In this document: positions 41,162 through 53,754 of the stretch, piece by piece
How the letters are laid out: the number at the start of each line of letters is the position of its first letter
How positions within the stretch are numbered: the stretch's first letter is position 1
Assembly: GCA_951406725.2 (NCBI GenBank)
Contig: OX597828.1
Span: 9,548,001-9,612,000 of the forward strand
Direction of reading: 5' to 3'
DNA: 64,000 nt
Source of the DNA: Octopus vulgaris
Taxonomy: Eukaryota
Translations under genes and position numbers: made by a program
The notes under the pieces: generated by a model
Told to the model about the DNA's origin: nothing
The model's input: the letters and a program-made list of their open reading frames with translations, nothing else
Databases searched by the model: none

Positions 41162-43356
41162 AGTTGCTTCTGCGCATGTGCGAGTCAGTGTTGTGTTTGG
41201 CACTGAAGCGGTGAAGACGTGCTTTTGAAACCGTCTTGAATTGAAAACTTTGGAAGCCCCATGTAAGGTAAGATTCTGTTTTCTGGGTCCAGTGGGAGTT
41301 TTTGTTGAGAATTGTTTTTTACAGGCAGGAAGTCCTACTGGATTCAGAATTCTGATTCTGCCGACATGTGGCAAATATATTTTTCTCGCTGAGAAAATTG
41401 GGGGGGGGGGGGCGTATCCGTCTTCGATAAATTGAGTGAATATTTTTCTCACGTAATTGTGAGAATTGTATTGTGCTGTGAAGAACTTTTATGAATTGTG
41501 AAAACTACTATATAGGGGAGTATTTTGCCTCCGAAGTTTGAACAATTTTTACCAATTTTACACCAATTTTTGTGGAAGTTGTGCGTTCCTGGTTCAATTT
41601 AGGCCGGGAGTACCAAATGGCCAGAAGGTTTTTGCTGTGTTATTGACTTTCTTTTTAACTTTATTTGACTTTCCTTTTAACTTTATTTGACTCTCTCCTT
41701 TTTTCACTGTGACTTTCTTCGGATTTCCTTTTCCTCCCGTTTTTTAGTTTTATTCTGAATACATTTAAAAAAACAAAAAAAAAAAAAACATGGCAATGAA
41801 AATTAACAAACTTTTGGAATGGGAGATCATACCGCCTAAAAAGTGGTTAAAAGACCGTGAAGATAGGACGGTGGTGTTGAGAACCTACTCCAAGGCACTC
41901 GACAACATCGCCCTATTCAAAAAGACGGCAATTGAAATGGAGTTGGAAGAGTATCTGCCAACAATTAAATTCATTTCCAAGGGTGTCAAATATGCAACGG
42001 TGTGGTTGCTATTTGACACCCCTGAAGAGGCTTGCAAATTTGATAGCAAACCCCTGGAGGGTAAGGAAATCTTATTCCTGCCCACGTACAAAAAAAGAAA
42101 TTAATGAAAGCTTGAATTTGCGGGCTGCCACCCGACATAGAACCCGAGTGGATAGAGGAGACTATCCGCCGGGGTCTGGGTGGCAGCGAAACTAAGCTCC
42201 TTAATGTAAAAGTTCTTCCTGCGGCTGCTTGGGTTGGGTCAAAAGCAATTTTGACCCTGTGGACCCAATCAGCCAACCTGGTTCTTCCAGATTTTTTTAA
42301 AATGGCCGGGTGCAGGTACCCGGTGATGCTTGAGGGTCGCCCCCCTAAGTGTCATCGGTGCTTGGAGTCCGTCCACATAAAGAAGAACTGTCCCCGGGAA
42401 CAAAATAGGATCCCGGAACAGTTAAGTAAAACCCTTCTAGAAGAGGGAATGATAACGGCCGAGAAAGCAGAGGACTCCTCAAACAGAGGCCGAAAGAGGA
42501 AGGTGAGCAACAATGGGTGCTCACCAAAGGATAATAGGGATGAGGAGAGGAAGGCGAATCTTCCAGCCACGGAGGAGACGCACCCTCCCTCAGTTGAAAA
42601 GGGAAAAAAAGAAAAAGAGGAAGAAAAACGGGACATTACCGGCTGTCAGTGTAGCACCGGAATGTCCCGGAACTACGTCGGTTGGGGTTGTGCCACCGAC
42701 AAGAGAAGGAATACCGTTGGCGGGAACTGTGCCGCCAACGAAAGAACTGAACGTATTGGTCCTCTTCTATAGAGGAGGAGAAATTGAAAAAGTGATGGAA
42801 GAGCACTACAAGGGTGCACCTTTAGCCTTCACACAGGACCCCGAATGGCCTCCGCAGGTAGCTGTGGAGGCCGTGGCGTTCGACGTGACGCTTGGGCTAA
42901 AGGAGCTCAATGAAGATTATAACTTGGTCCCGGGCGACGCCAACTCGGAACTTGATTACGTTCTGAGGGAGGCGTGGTTGATGGTGGAGGGCGCGGGCAC
43001 AAGCTATTTCGAGGATGATATGTAATTATTGAACTGTTATTATTAGTAATGGACTGCTAAGTCCAAAAATTGAAAAATTGTAATAGGATTAATACCTCGT
43101 TTTGTGTTTATTTTTTATTAATAATGGACTGCTAGGTCCAAAAATTGGAAAAATTGTAAGAGGTTTAATACCTCATTTTGTGTTTATCTTTAAAAAGAAC
43201 AATGTTTTAGAGAAGCGAAAGTCGGCGGGCGCTTTTTGTCTTCTCCCATCCTTATCATCTTTGTTTCATTATCATTCACTTCATTAATGTCCTCGTCCAG
43301 CCCGCAAAGCTAACTTAATCTGTGTACTGCCTTTATGGCAAATGTTTTGAAATAAA
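41162..43356 (+). mobile_element. ORF1-only non-autonomous Tx1/L1-type retroelement (HAL1-like)
   Basis: ~630-bp 5'UTR, ORF1 at 41790-43025, ~330-bp 3'UTR, AATAAA at 43351-56, then a duplicated target. No ORF2 sequence seen. Confidence 0.8.
41790..43025 (+). pseudogene. LINE ORF1 (gag-like; RRM-like region plus CCHC knuckle), disrupted
   Basis: MAMKINKLLEW..; K(A)*ICGLPPDIEPEW; EGRPPKCHRCLESVHIKKNCP. Two frameshifts in A-runs (~42090, ~42605) and one TGA at ~42113. Confidence 0.85.
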
Positions 43357-43730
43357 GTAGCTTACTTACCAACCACATGGTTCTGGGTTCAGTCATACTG
43401 TGTGGCACCTTGGGCAAGTGTCTTCTACTATAGCCTCGGGCCGACCAAAGGCTTGTGAGTTGATTTGGTAGACGGTAACTGAAAGAAGCCCGTCGTATAT
43501 ATGTATATATATGTGTGTGTGTGTTTGTGCGTCACTGTTTGTCCCACAACCCAAAAATCGCTTCACAACCGATGCTGGTGTGTTTACGTCCCCGTAACTT
43601 AGCGGTTCGGCAAAAGAGAGCGATAGAATAAGTACTACGCTTACAAAGAATAAGTCCTGGGGTCGATTTGCTCCGCTAAAGGCGGTGCTCCAGCATGGCC
43701 GCAGTCAAATGACTGAAACAAGTAAAAGAG
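43357..43730 (+). mobile_element. Remainder of the split SINE family B
   Basis: gtagcttacttaccaaccacatggttctgggttcagtc..tggcaccttgggcaagtgtcttct (CORE-like), collinear with 48015-48385. Confidence 0.9.
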
Positions 43731-44196
43731 TATGTAACGTCTGCTGCTCCAGATTTGTAGATTTGTATCCAAGTTTCGCTCCAAATGATAGATAGAGTGC
43801 CCAGGTTTCTTTTGGGCGTACAGTGAAACCACTCTATCGAAGATTTCTCTACTGACAGCAGAGAGTTGTGATATTATTCTTATTTAACTCTCGAAACTGC
43901 AATATATGAGTATCAAGTTGAAGAATCAGTTTCTCATTGGGTTTGTTTCAGGCTTTATATGACTTATTCTCTAATGATTAGTCACACAATTAGATCGCAA
44001 TCCTTAGATTAGTACCTAAATTTAATATAAAATTTATTAAATATTTTCGATCACCACTAACTTAAATTCCTCTGGATTTTTTAAAACATGAAGCGTATAT
44101 AGGGATCAGAAATCACATACCTCAGCACTGCCGAGCAAAGTCATACTCTCGATAACTACTCAACATATGACACCGTATTCCTATACGCTGAATATA

Positions 44197-45384
44197 CAGT
44201 GGTTGGAAAAAATAAGGAAAACACCACCTAGCATCATAGCATCAGAATTTTAAAATATCTATAAAACCGTCAAAAGCTTGTTTATTTTCATGTTTTTTTT
44301 ACTTGTAATTAGTGCTGCTTAATATGCTTTGCTAAAATTGATGTTTCTTTTCATATATCACCAGAAAAAGGTAATTAAAATTCATTAAAATGACAGATCT
44401 ATCGGACTTTCAACGAGGTCAAATTGCTGGTCCTCGTATGACAGGCGCCAGCGTAATGAAAACAGCTGAAATGTTTGGTGTATGAAGACGTACTGTCTTG
44501 AAAGTAATGGCAGCCTTTCAGAAAGCGAGAAAAAAAACTACCTCGTTGAAACAAAACTCGGGAAAAAACCAAAATTTCAGATAGAGACCTCGGACCCTTA
44601 CACTATCCAAATATTACTGCAGGGCTTAATGCCCACATTGAGAACCCAGTTTCCACAAAAGATGTTCGCAGGAAACTGTTCAATGCTGGATTTCACGGGA
44701 GGGCTGTAATCAAAAAGGCACTACTTTCAAAAACAAACTTTGCAAAGCGTTTGAAGTGGAGTAAAAACCTAAAGAATTGGTCCCTAGAGCAGTGGAAGAA
44801 TGTTATATTCTCGGATGAGTCATCCTTTACCTTACCTCCAGCCGAGTATACCTGTGGAAACAGCCAAAAGAAGCACTTGACGCAGACTGCCTTCTTCCAA
44901 CTGTTAAACATGGGGGAGGATCTGTGATGAGCTAGAAGGTGGGGGGGGGCTATATCTCGGAGATCCGTCAGCATAATGCATTCCCTCCATGGCAGAATTA
45001 ACAGTGGAGACTATGTAAGCATTTTATCTCACCAAATTCATCCTATTGTTGCGGAACGCAATCATTCAAGATGATAATACACATATTCACACAGCTAAGT
45101 TGTTACTGAATGGCAAGAGGAATATTCTAGTGAAGTTCAACATCATATCTGACCACCAGAAAACCAAGTAAGGAGTCGATATCATCCACCATCATCAGTA
45201 CAAGAACTGGAGGCTGTTTTAGCTGAAGAATGGACAAAAATTCCTTTGGAAACAATTCAAACTTTGTACGAGTCCATACCTTGTAGAATTGAAGCTGTAA
45301 TTACTGCCAAATGCGGCCCTACCCCATATTAAAATAAATTTGTTTGAAATGTTAAGGTGTTTCCATTATTTTATCCAACCCCTG
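44197..45384 (+). mobile_element. Tc1-family DNA transposon, full length, inactive
   Basis: TA-CAGTGGTTGGAAAAAATAAGGAAAACACC ... GGTGTTTCCATTATTTTATCCAACCCCTG-TA. The transposase from ATG 44390 (MTDLSDFQRGQIAG..; WKNVIFSDESSF; VKHGGGSV; QDDN; IPCRIEAVITAKCGPTPY*) has stops and frameshifts. Confidence 0.95.
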
Positions 45385-45769
45385 TATATGAGGATTGAAA
45401 TTTCTTAGCATTTATAATGGATCATCAATGTGTGTCATTTAATCAAGTCTAGTTCTCTCAAAACAAAGACCAAACTGTCGACAAATTGAAATGGACAATA
45501 TCGGATTTGTTTTTTTACTTTTTATTCTGAAAACATTTAAATTTTGTATGGCTATACTGCAAATATGTACGCAAGCAATTCATGTGAATCAAACATTGAG
45601 CTTAAGTAGGATATGTTAAAGCATATATATATTATGTCTCTAATCTCTAACATTGTAGGGCACAGTGTCCTACAATTTTGGCGCATACTTATGCTTCACG
45701 TATAAAGATAAAGTACGCATATCATGAGTGTTTGAGAACGGACAATGTGAATGTAAACAAAATGGGAGC

Positions 45770-45825
45770 AAGATATTCATAGCTATGGAATATATATATA
45801 TATATTCCATAGCTATGAATATCTT
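45770..45825. repeat. Perfect 56-bp spacerless palindrome centred on (TA)7
   Basis: aagatattcatagctatggaa-(ta)7-ttccatagctatgaatatctt is its own reverse complement. Confidence 0.97.
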
Positions 45826-45943
45826 TATATGTTTAATAGACCTTAAATATTACTTTCGTCGTAAATAAACATACATCAGTGTATATGTGTGTCATGTAAG
45901 GGTGGATATGTGTGTATGTGTGTAAGTATACACATATGTATAT

Positions 45944-46006
<63 letters not shown>

Positions 46007-46019
46007 AATAAATAAATGC

Positions 46020-46260
46020 GCCCTTTTCAAGCCTAGCCAGGCTCATGAGCCCCGTTTCCCGGTTTCTATGGCGCATGTGTTCCCCAACTGGACGGGATGC
46101 CAGTCCATCGCAGCGTTACGCATTTCTGCCAGCTGACTGGACTAGAGCAACGTGAAATGAAGTATTTTGCTCAAGAACACAACGCGTCGCCCGGTCAAGG
46201 AATCGAAACCATGATCTTACAATCATGGTGCTGCCAATCTAACCCCTAAACCACGCGCCT

Positions 46261-46262
<2 letters not shown>
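46020..46262 (-). mobile_element. tRNA-derived SINE family C
   Basis: Reverse complement has A box gtggtttaggggttag, B box ggtttcgattcc, tgtgttcttgagcaaa (CORE-like) and gcgatggactggcatcccgtccag (V-domain-like). Confidence 0.88.
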
Positions 46263-46341
<79 letters not shown>

Positions 46342-46499
46342 CTATATATATACACACATCTACGTATGTACATGTATGTATTTGTGAGTGTATATGAATG
46401 TATATATATGTGTGTATGTGTGTGTATATGTGTCTGTGTGTATCTGTGTATGTATACATATATATAGATATTCGATTGCACCAGTTTATCCTTGGGATG

Positions 46500-47960
46500 T
46501 TACTCCATATTCCATATTCTTCTTAGCATAAATCTCTACGCATGTATTTTAAACACTCATTTTAAGCACTCATTAGGAATATATCGGTGTGTCTGGATAT
46601 GTATAACTACTAGTACTTCTATATCTAGGTGGATTGAAATACATCTAACATCTACACTACATGTTTATCCCATAAACCCCACCTAAACCAGGATAAACCC
46701 CATTATAACTATAAGTATTCCATATGGTTAGAAATTTACGGTCTTTACAACTTAACAATCTGATACGATTATAATTACAATAGAACTTACGGTTATATAC
46801 GTTCCCTAGGTTATACCGTAACATGATTGCCTTCTGCTTATATCCAGAATTGGTAATAATCTTAACCTTACTTTTAGTGATTCTTTATTTTAACCTTACT
46901 TTTAGTGTCTACGAATGGTCTACACACTAGTTTTGTAATACACAGTTACTTCCCTTTAACTATAGTGTACAAGCCTAAATATACTTTAAATCATACATAT
47001 ACACATTAACCCTTATATTTCGGACTTTACTCGTAAGCTTGAAATTAGTACTCAGACTTACCCACATTGTAATATCACTTCCTAAACTCTATTCTAGTAT
47101 ATGCCTTACCTACACATCTAAGTACGATAATATACTATCAGACTACTCTCCCATGATGAAACCCTTTAGCTTCTGTTTATTATTATTTACTTTTCAACTA
47201 ATCGCTTCTCCTTCCACGACTCTCGTGCAGATAATTTCTTGTTGATTGGGAGTGTATCTCTGAAATATATTTCTTTACTACCCACAAGGGGCTAAACACA
47301 GAGGGGACAAACAAGGACAGACAAAGATCGACCCCAGTGCGTAACTGGTACTTAATTTATCGACCCGGAAAGGATGAAAGGCAAAGTCGACCTCAACGGA
47401 ATTTGAACTAGGAACGTATCGACAGACGAAATACGGCTACGCATTTCGCCCGGCGTGCTAACATTTCTGCCAGCTCGCCGCCTTATAACTAAATATAACA
47501 CCACTCACATACTCGTAAATACTTCCCATGAGCCCACCTCTTAGTAAGGACCACCATAACGCCTGTTAGTAACGACCACCTAACCACCTGTTAGTAAGGA
47601 CCAACTTGAATATCCATGCCTTAAATATTATTATATTTATATGTATTATTATAACTACCTCTATACTTACTTTATTTTATTCTTTTGTTGCACTGGTCTT
47701 CTTTAATGCACTTATGTATTAATTTTCCCATAACAGGTCCAATTTAAGTTATTTCGGCCATCTCCTTTAATGTTACTATATCTATTAAATAGCGTTTAGC
47801 TTCTTACCTCTGACCCATGTAGCATGGACCATTCCATAAAACCCACTAAACAGCATACTATCTTCACTATTTTCCTTCAGTATAATGGAAACACGATGTA
47901 GACCGCAGCCTATGGATATATCTCCTGAGAATGACTTTACTTATTTACCACTGGATGGAT
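46500..47960 (-). mobile_element. Decayed Penelope-like element (RT thumb region plus GIY-YIG), interrupted by a SINE
   Basis: KVNNKQKLKGFIMGE*SDSILSYLDV*VR (FTMEEE..LPFLDV-like) and GGVYGINM*CRC*MY (GVVY.I.C..C..YIG-like). Confidence 0.6.
47268..47482 (-). mobile_element. SINE family A
   Basis: Close reverse-complement match to 24893-25127. Confidence 0.92.
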
Positions 47961-48014
47961 TAACATGGCTTACAATAACACCTTAAAATGAAGTTCTTAA
48001 TTTTCATTACCATA

Positions 48015-48385
48015 GGCGCAGGAGTGGCTGTGTGGTAAGTAGCTTGCTAACCAACCACATGGTTCCGGGTTCAGTCCCACTGCGTGGCATCTTGGGCAAG
48101 TGTCTTCTGCTATAGCCCCGGGTCGACCAATGCCTTGTGAGTGGATTTGGTAGACGGAAACTGAAAGAAGCCTGTCGTATATATGTATATATATATGTGT
48201 GTGTGTGTGTTTATCCCCCTAGCATTGCTTCACAACCGATGCTTGTGTGTTTGCGTTCCCGTCACTTAGCGGTTCGGCAAAAGAGACCAATAGAATAAGT
48301 ACTGGGCTTACAAAGAATAAGTCCCGGGGTCGATTTGCTAGACCAAAGGCGGTGCTCCAGCACTGAAACAAGTAAAAGAATAAAA
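48015..48385 (+). mobile_element. tRNA-derived SINE family B (CORE-like), intact
   Basis: A box gtggctgtgtggtaag, B box gggttcagtccc, tggcatcttgggcaagtgtcttct, internal (TA)(TG) tract. Confidence 0.92.
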
Positions 48386-48963
48386 AAATGTCTATTACAT
48401 TACATTATTTTCCTAATGTTTACCAATTTTACTCTATCGTATCTTATTTACCCTCCTCTATTATTCTAACTGAATTTCCTACATTTTAGTTTCCTTACAT
48501 TTTTACTCACTGAAGAAGTCTTCAGTCTTAAACATCACCAATCTCTGTCCAATATTTGTTCATCTCCGTATATCACTGACGTGATGAAGATGACTTGAAA
48601 GATTATGTGGCCACATTGCAGAAACGCCCGTAAGTGATTTATATCTGCACACTCATCTATTATTATTCATTCATCTCTATATAAATATCTATTTATGTAT
48701 GTATTGGCTGATCTCATTCGTTTACTTGTACCACTTAAACACATGTTTGTTATCATTTAATATATAGATATAATGGAATGTTTACTGTCTGATGTTTGTC
48801 GATTTTATATCCTCTCCATTTTCGTATTCGCCCATACCTAGTATTCAATTGCTATATTACCATGCAACAGTAAGCACTTGGTTAAAATTATGCAGGTACA
48901 CATCCAGTAGAATATTGGATATTCAATATTTCTTAGAGGGTTTATTAACCTCTAACTCATACA

Positions 48964-48998
<35 letters not shown>

Positions 48999-49007
48999 GT
49001 GTGTGTG

Positions 49008-49046
<39 letters not shown>

Positions 49047-49055
49047 GTGTGTGTG

Positions 49056-49119
<64 letters not shown>

Positions 49120-49628
49120 AAAATCCTAATAGACAAATTAGCACTCACAAGTTTTCAAGGTATAAATTGTATGAGGCATCGACTGTGCTCTTCGATTTGC
49201 TAACGTATCGTGATTTGGGAAATACTGAAAATCGTCTGAAACATGTAGTCTTCAGATTTATAGACAGTCTACTAAACAGGGATATATGATTTTATAAAAA
49301 ATACAGATCTACGAAACACAATCTTAATTCCCTTCTTAGTGATACAAAAGAAAATTGCAAGAAAATATATATTTGCCATACATTCACAAATTTACGCCAA
49401 TGTTTCGGAATATGGATGGTATATTCAAAGCAACTACCAATATATCTGAAATTAAATGAACCGTAAATTTTTACCATATAATAACTATTTAAGACTTGGA
49501 TGAATGTTTCTGGAGCTGAGGGCGAAAAGCAGTTTTTGCAAGTTATACTTTCTGTTATATGGCGAAGTAATTTTATTATTATCTTTATATATAAGAAGCC
49601 CTATAAAATTATAAACAGATATATCTAT

Positions 49629-49794
49629 ATGTATGTTATTTACATTATTTACATTTGACAGATATTTGTCCTAATCTTGCTTGTTGTTAACATAACGTTT
49701 CGGCTAGAGGGTATATCAACTAAAACGTTGTGTTAACAACAAACAAGATCAGGACAAATATCTGTCAAATGTCAATTATGTAAATAATATACAT
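49629..49794. repeat. Long inverted repeat (72-bp arms, 22-nt spacer) built from PLE terminal sequence
   Basis: Arms at 49629-49700 and 49723-49794, about 6 mismatches; the inner ends carry (G/A)AAACGTT(A/G)TGTT. Confidence 0.9.
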
Positions 49795-49829
49795 AATTCC
49801 CTATCTCTTAAATTTAGAACTGTAATACG

Positions 49830-49861
<32 letters not shown>

Positions 49862-49899
49862 TGTATGTATGTATGTATGTATGTATTATGTATATACAA

Positions 49900-50217
49900 G
49901 AGCACTCCATCGGTTACGACGACGAGGGTCCCAGCTGATATGATGAACGAAACAGCTTGCTCGTGAGATTAATGTGCAACTAGCTGAGCACTCCACAGAC
50001 TCACATACCCCTTTATATATATTTCCCAGAGAGATTCAGCGTGACATAGAGTGTGATAAGGCTGGCCTCTTGAAATAGAAGTACTTCTCATTTTTGCCAG
50101 CTGAGTGGACTGGAGCAACGTGTTTAAAGTGTCTTGCTCAAGGACACAACGCGCCACCGACTATCGAACCTACGACCTCGCTATCGGGAGCCGAATACCT
50201 TAACCACAAATCCACAC
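49900..50217 (-). mobile_element. SINE family C variant
   Basis: gccagctgagtggactggagcaacgtg..gtcttgctcaaggacacaacgc..atcgaacc. A more decayed relative lies at ~27420-27600. Confidence 0.8.
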
Positions 50218-53200
50218 ATAACATACGCAAGGGAATAACTCATCGCATTGTGAGGTGTAGAATACATGTTGATTAAAGTATTTGTATACTATATTTCAAT
50301 TTATCGTAAAATAATAATTTTTTTACCGTATGCGATATTATATTATATTATATTATATTATATGATTTACCCTATGCGATATATGGGCAAAAATAAACAA
50401 TCACCCTCTTTAATTATAATTCGGCATTTCTTTAATGTATATCCATGGGAAATCCCTGCAAAATTTCATGCAAAATTTAACACACAAAGGCCGTTAGAAT
50501 AACGATAGAATGCATCAGGTGAAAACAAGAAGCTTTTGGAGACTGATTGGTGTTTGCTCGGCAGTAATAAATGGTAATCAGAGATATGGCACTTTCCTAA
50601 ATGCAACACAGCAGTCTTTATTTGGAAGTAATACTCCACTAGTACTGTTGCTCATATAAAAAAAATCCTCTGGCTGATGAGGGGAAGAGATAGCAGCGAA
50701 GTTAGTGGACAACATTTTTCAAGTGACTAGTAGGTTTTGCTGCTGACTGGGAGTCGATAAAACATCATTTTTGTGATTCATGTGATGCTTGAAAGCATTA
50801 TTTTGAAAACAAGGATAAAAGAGTTGCACCGCTGGTAGAACTCCACGTACGTATAGAAATATGTAAGATTCTGCAAGTGATATAAACCTTTATCACTGAC
50901 TGCTTATCTATAATGCAAATACGAAGAAACAAATTCGCCGTTGCTTAGAACGTAAGATTAGAATTAGATGTGATAAAATGATCAACAGCGTTTCGAGTTG
51001 TGCCATGGTGTGGAACGAAAGTAGAGGATGAAGCAATATAGATTAAAAGGGTGAAGTGAAAATAGCAAAACATTGCTCTCCGCATCAGCATCTGTGTACA
51101 ACGAGGAGGAGTACATTGAGGAGATGTGTTGGTTAAAATCAACGAGGATGATGGTTTCAGAAACGGAATTTGTAATATATATCACTCAGTCGCTCTTCGA
51201 CAGTTATACTTTAAATTATGTTCTCTCCCTGCGTTGAGAATATTTACATACATACATATATACATACATACATACACACACACTTATATATATATATATA
51301 TATATATAAACGTATATATATTCTCAATACAGGAAGTGATATATTTAAAGTATTACTTTTGGAGAGCGACAGACTCAAAGAGGATATATTTAAGACATTG
51401 GGGGAAAAGAGATTTTGAGACTCAGGGAATTGGAATCGTTTTTGGGTGAAATTCAAGGGAGTGGCAGGAACGTTTAAGTGTACGTATGTGCAGACACCCA
51501 TGTTTTAAGGAGGAATTTAAGTAGAGATCATCTATAGAGTTTGATAAATGTATATCACAGAGGAAAGTAACGCATTTGTCTTGCGTGAAGTTACGAGTTA
51601 ATGTCAGATATCTTAGAAAATGTCAGATATCTTAGAAGGGAAGGAAAAGTTTTTCGAGAGAGTCGGGGTTATTTTGTACATCATGGGAACAACGCATATC
51701 TCTGCAACAGGACTGGATATGTTTCGAAGATAAAGCACCAACCAAAAGACTTTCCGGTTGCTTGCCGAAGAGAAAATTTGGTTAAAAACATCCAAGAGCT
51801 AAATTACGGTGTGAGGTCCGGTGCCATGATTAATCTAACATCCAGAGAGCGAGAGGCCTACACTAAGAAATGCGAAGCCAGAAGAGTAGTGAAAAATAGA
51901 GATGAATGCTAAGTAAAATAACAGAATAGAAACAGAAAGAAGTTGCAATAGACGGGTCCATAAATATAAGTAGCTATGGCAGTAGTAGTAGTAGTAGTAG
52001 TAGTTACTGCTGTTGTTGTTGCTATGTATCTTTTTGGAGATTGGGGGTCCGTGTGCATGCATGCATAAACACATTTTAGTATATCAGCAAAAGGATATAT
52101 GTGTGATGTTGGGGGTTAACAAATGTTTTAAATGTGGGAAACATGTTGCTGAGTCACAAAAAATATCGAGCTGGATATGTTTTTTGTGGGAGAACATTAA
52201 ATTATCCAGTCGATGCTGGACTATATTCTACGAGAACTCTCATCTCCTACATACTGAAAATGGGATAAAAATCTACCATAAATCTGGTCTTAAAAAGACT
52301 GAGTATATATAGATAATTGCAATTTGTTGCCCTAGTAGATAAAAATGTGCTCAAAGGCAAAATGTATTGTCAGTCAAATAACAAAACTGAACAAAACAAA
52401 ATTCAGACGGAGGAAAAATTAATTCTAGATATCAGTAATCCGTCCAGAAGCCCCGCTTCTAGTAGTTTTAACACGTTTGCACACACTGCCTAACTTAATG
52501 TACTCATATGATATTTCACTGAGAAACGGCATTTGTTTCACAGTAATTATAAAACTTACTTCTTTGCTGCTCAATTAGAAGCAGAGATCATTCCTATTTG
52601 CACAATTCCCTCGTACATATATGTATGTACAATCTTGCATACACGCATATCTGTGTGCAGCATGCGTCGTTTTACATCGCTGTACGAGAGAAATATCAGC
52701 GAAAACCTCTCGAAACCGATGTTCGGAAATTGAAGGTCCCTTAATGTTAATTATTCTCTTATTATTCTTACCGTTAGACATGCAGTGAACCATAGTTTAG
52801 TGCGTAGAAAACCTATATACAAAGGTGTTTTCGTTCAGTATTTGTGAAATGGAATACGAAAAGATTTAAGTAAAAACTACAACCAGTTAAATTATTTTAT
52901 GTATACACCATTGTGTTGCGTTTATTTTATCATTATTTTATTATCATAATCAAGTTATATTCTTACGTATCTTAATTATTGTCGGCAGAGTGTAAGTGAT
53001 CGGATCATAGATGTACGATATAAATAATTTTATTGATAATACTCTATGTTACGCTTATAAAATAAAACTGATTACAAATTAGTCTGTAGATTTAATGACT
53101 ATAATGACTCAACCATGACCCATTATACAATCTCATGGTGAATTTCAAATCATGATATTGCTGGCTTTATAGATTTCACCGTAGATAAAAGGAATATTTT

Positions 53201-53686
53201 GTGATTATCAATTTTCTCTGGTCTAATACAGATAGGTAATTTTTGAATAGAATGTTGAGTTCTAATGTTACTACTCTCCTAGTAGACTAGAGCTCTGATC
53301 CGTGTGCTAATGAACGTTCTCGCGGCTATCACTAATTAGAGTAATGAATGTCGATTGTGAATTGGGCTACTGCCATATATTATACTAATAATATGGATAA
53401 AGCGACAGAGGAGCTTCCACCGTACACGTGATTTGATTGATAGTGCCGCCAACTATTCCTCAGCGCTAGAACATTTATATTTGAAAGTAGGATACGAGGC
53501 TCACTGTATCACCGATAAACCGATTAAATATATATACAGGGCTATATTTCCTTCGTCGGTTGGCTCTATTAGAATTAAAGTTTGAATTTGTTTGAAAATT
53601 TGTTTGATTTCAGAAGTGAAACCTAATATTAAATATGTATTTCAGACAATATATTTTAAACCAAGTATACAAAAAGATACCGGTAG

Positions 53687-53754
<68 letters not shown>

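Noticed and set aside
47540-47605. 25-bp unit repeated about 2.5 times (superficially CRISPR-like)
   Set aside because: Tandem units without unique spacers, no cas genes, eukaryotic context.
51056-51235. SVYNEEEYIEEMC, resembling a GT2 glycosyltransferase N-terminus
   Set aside because: Upstream in-frame stop, no acceptor and no further GT2 motifs.
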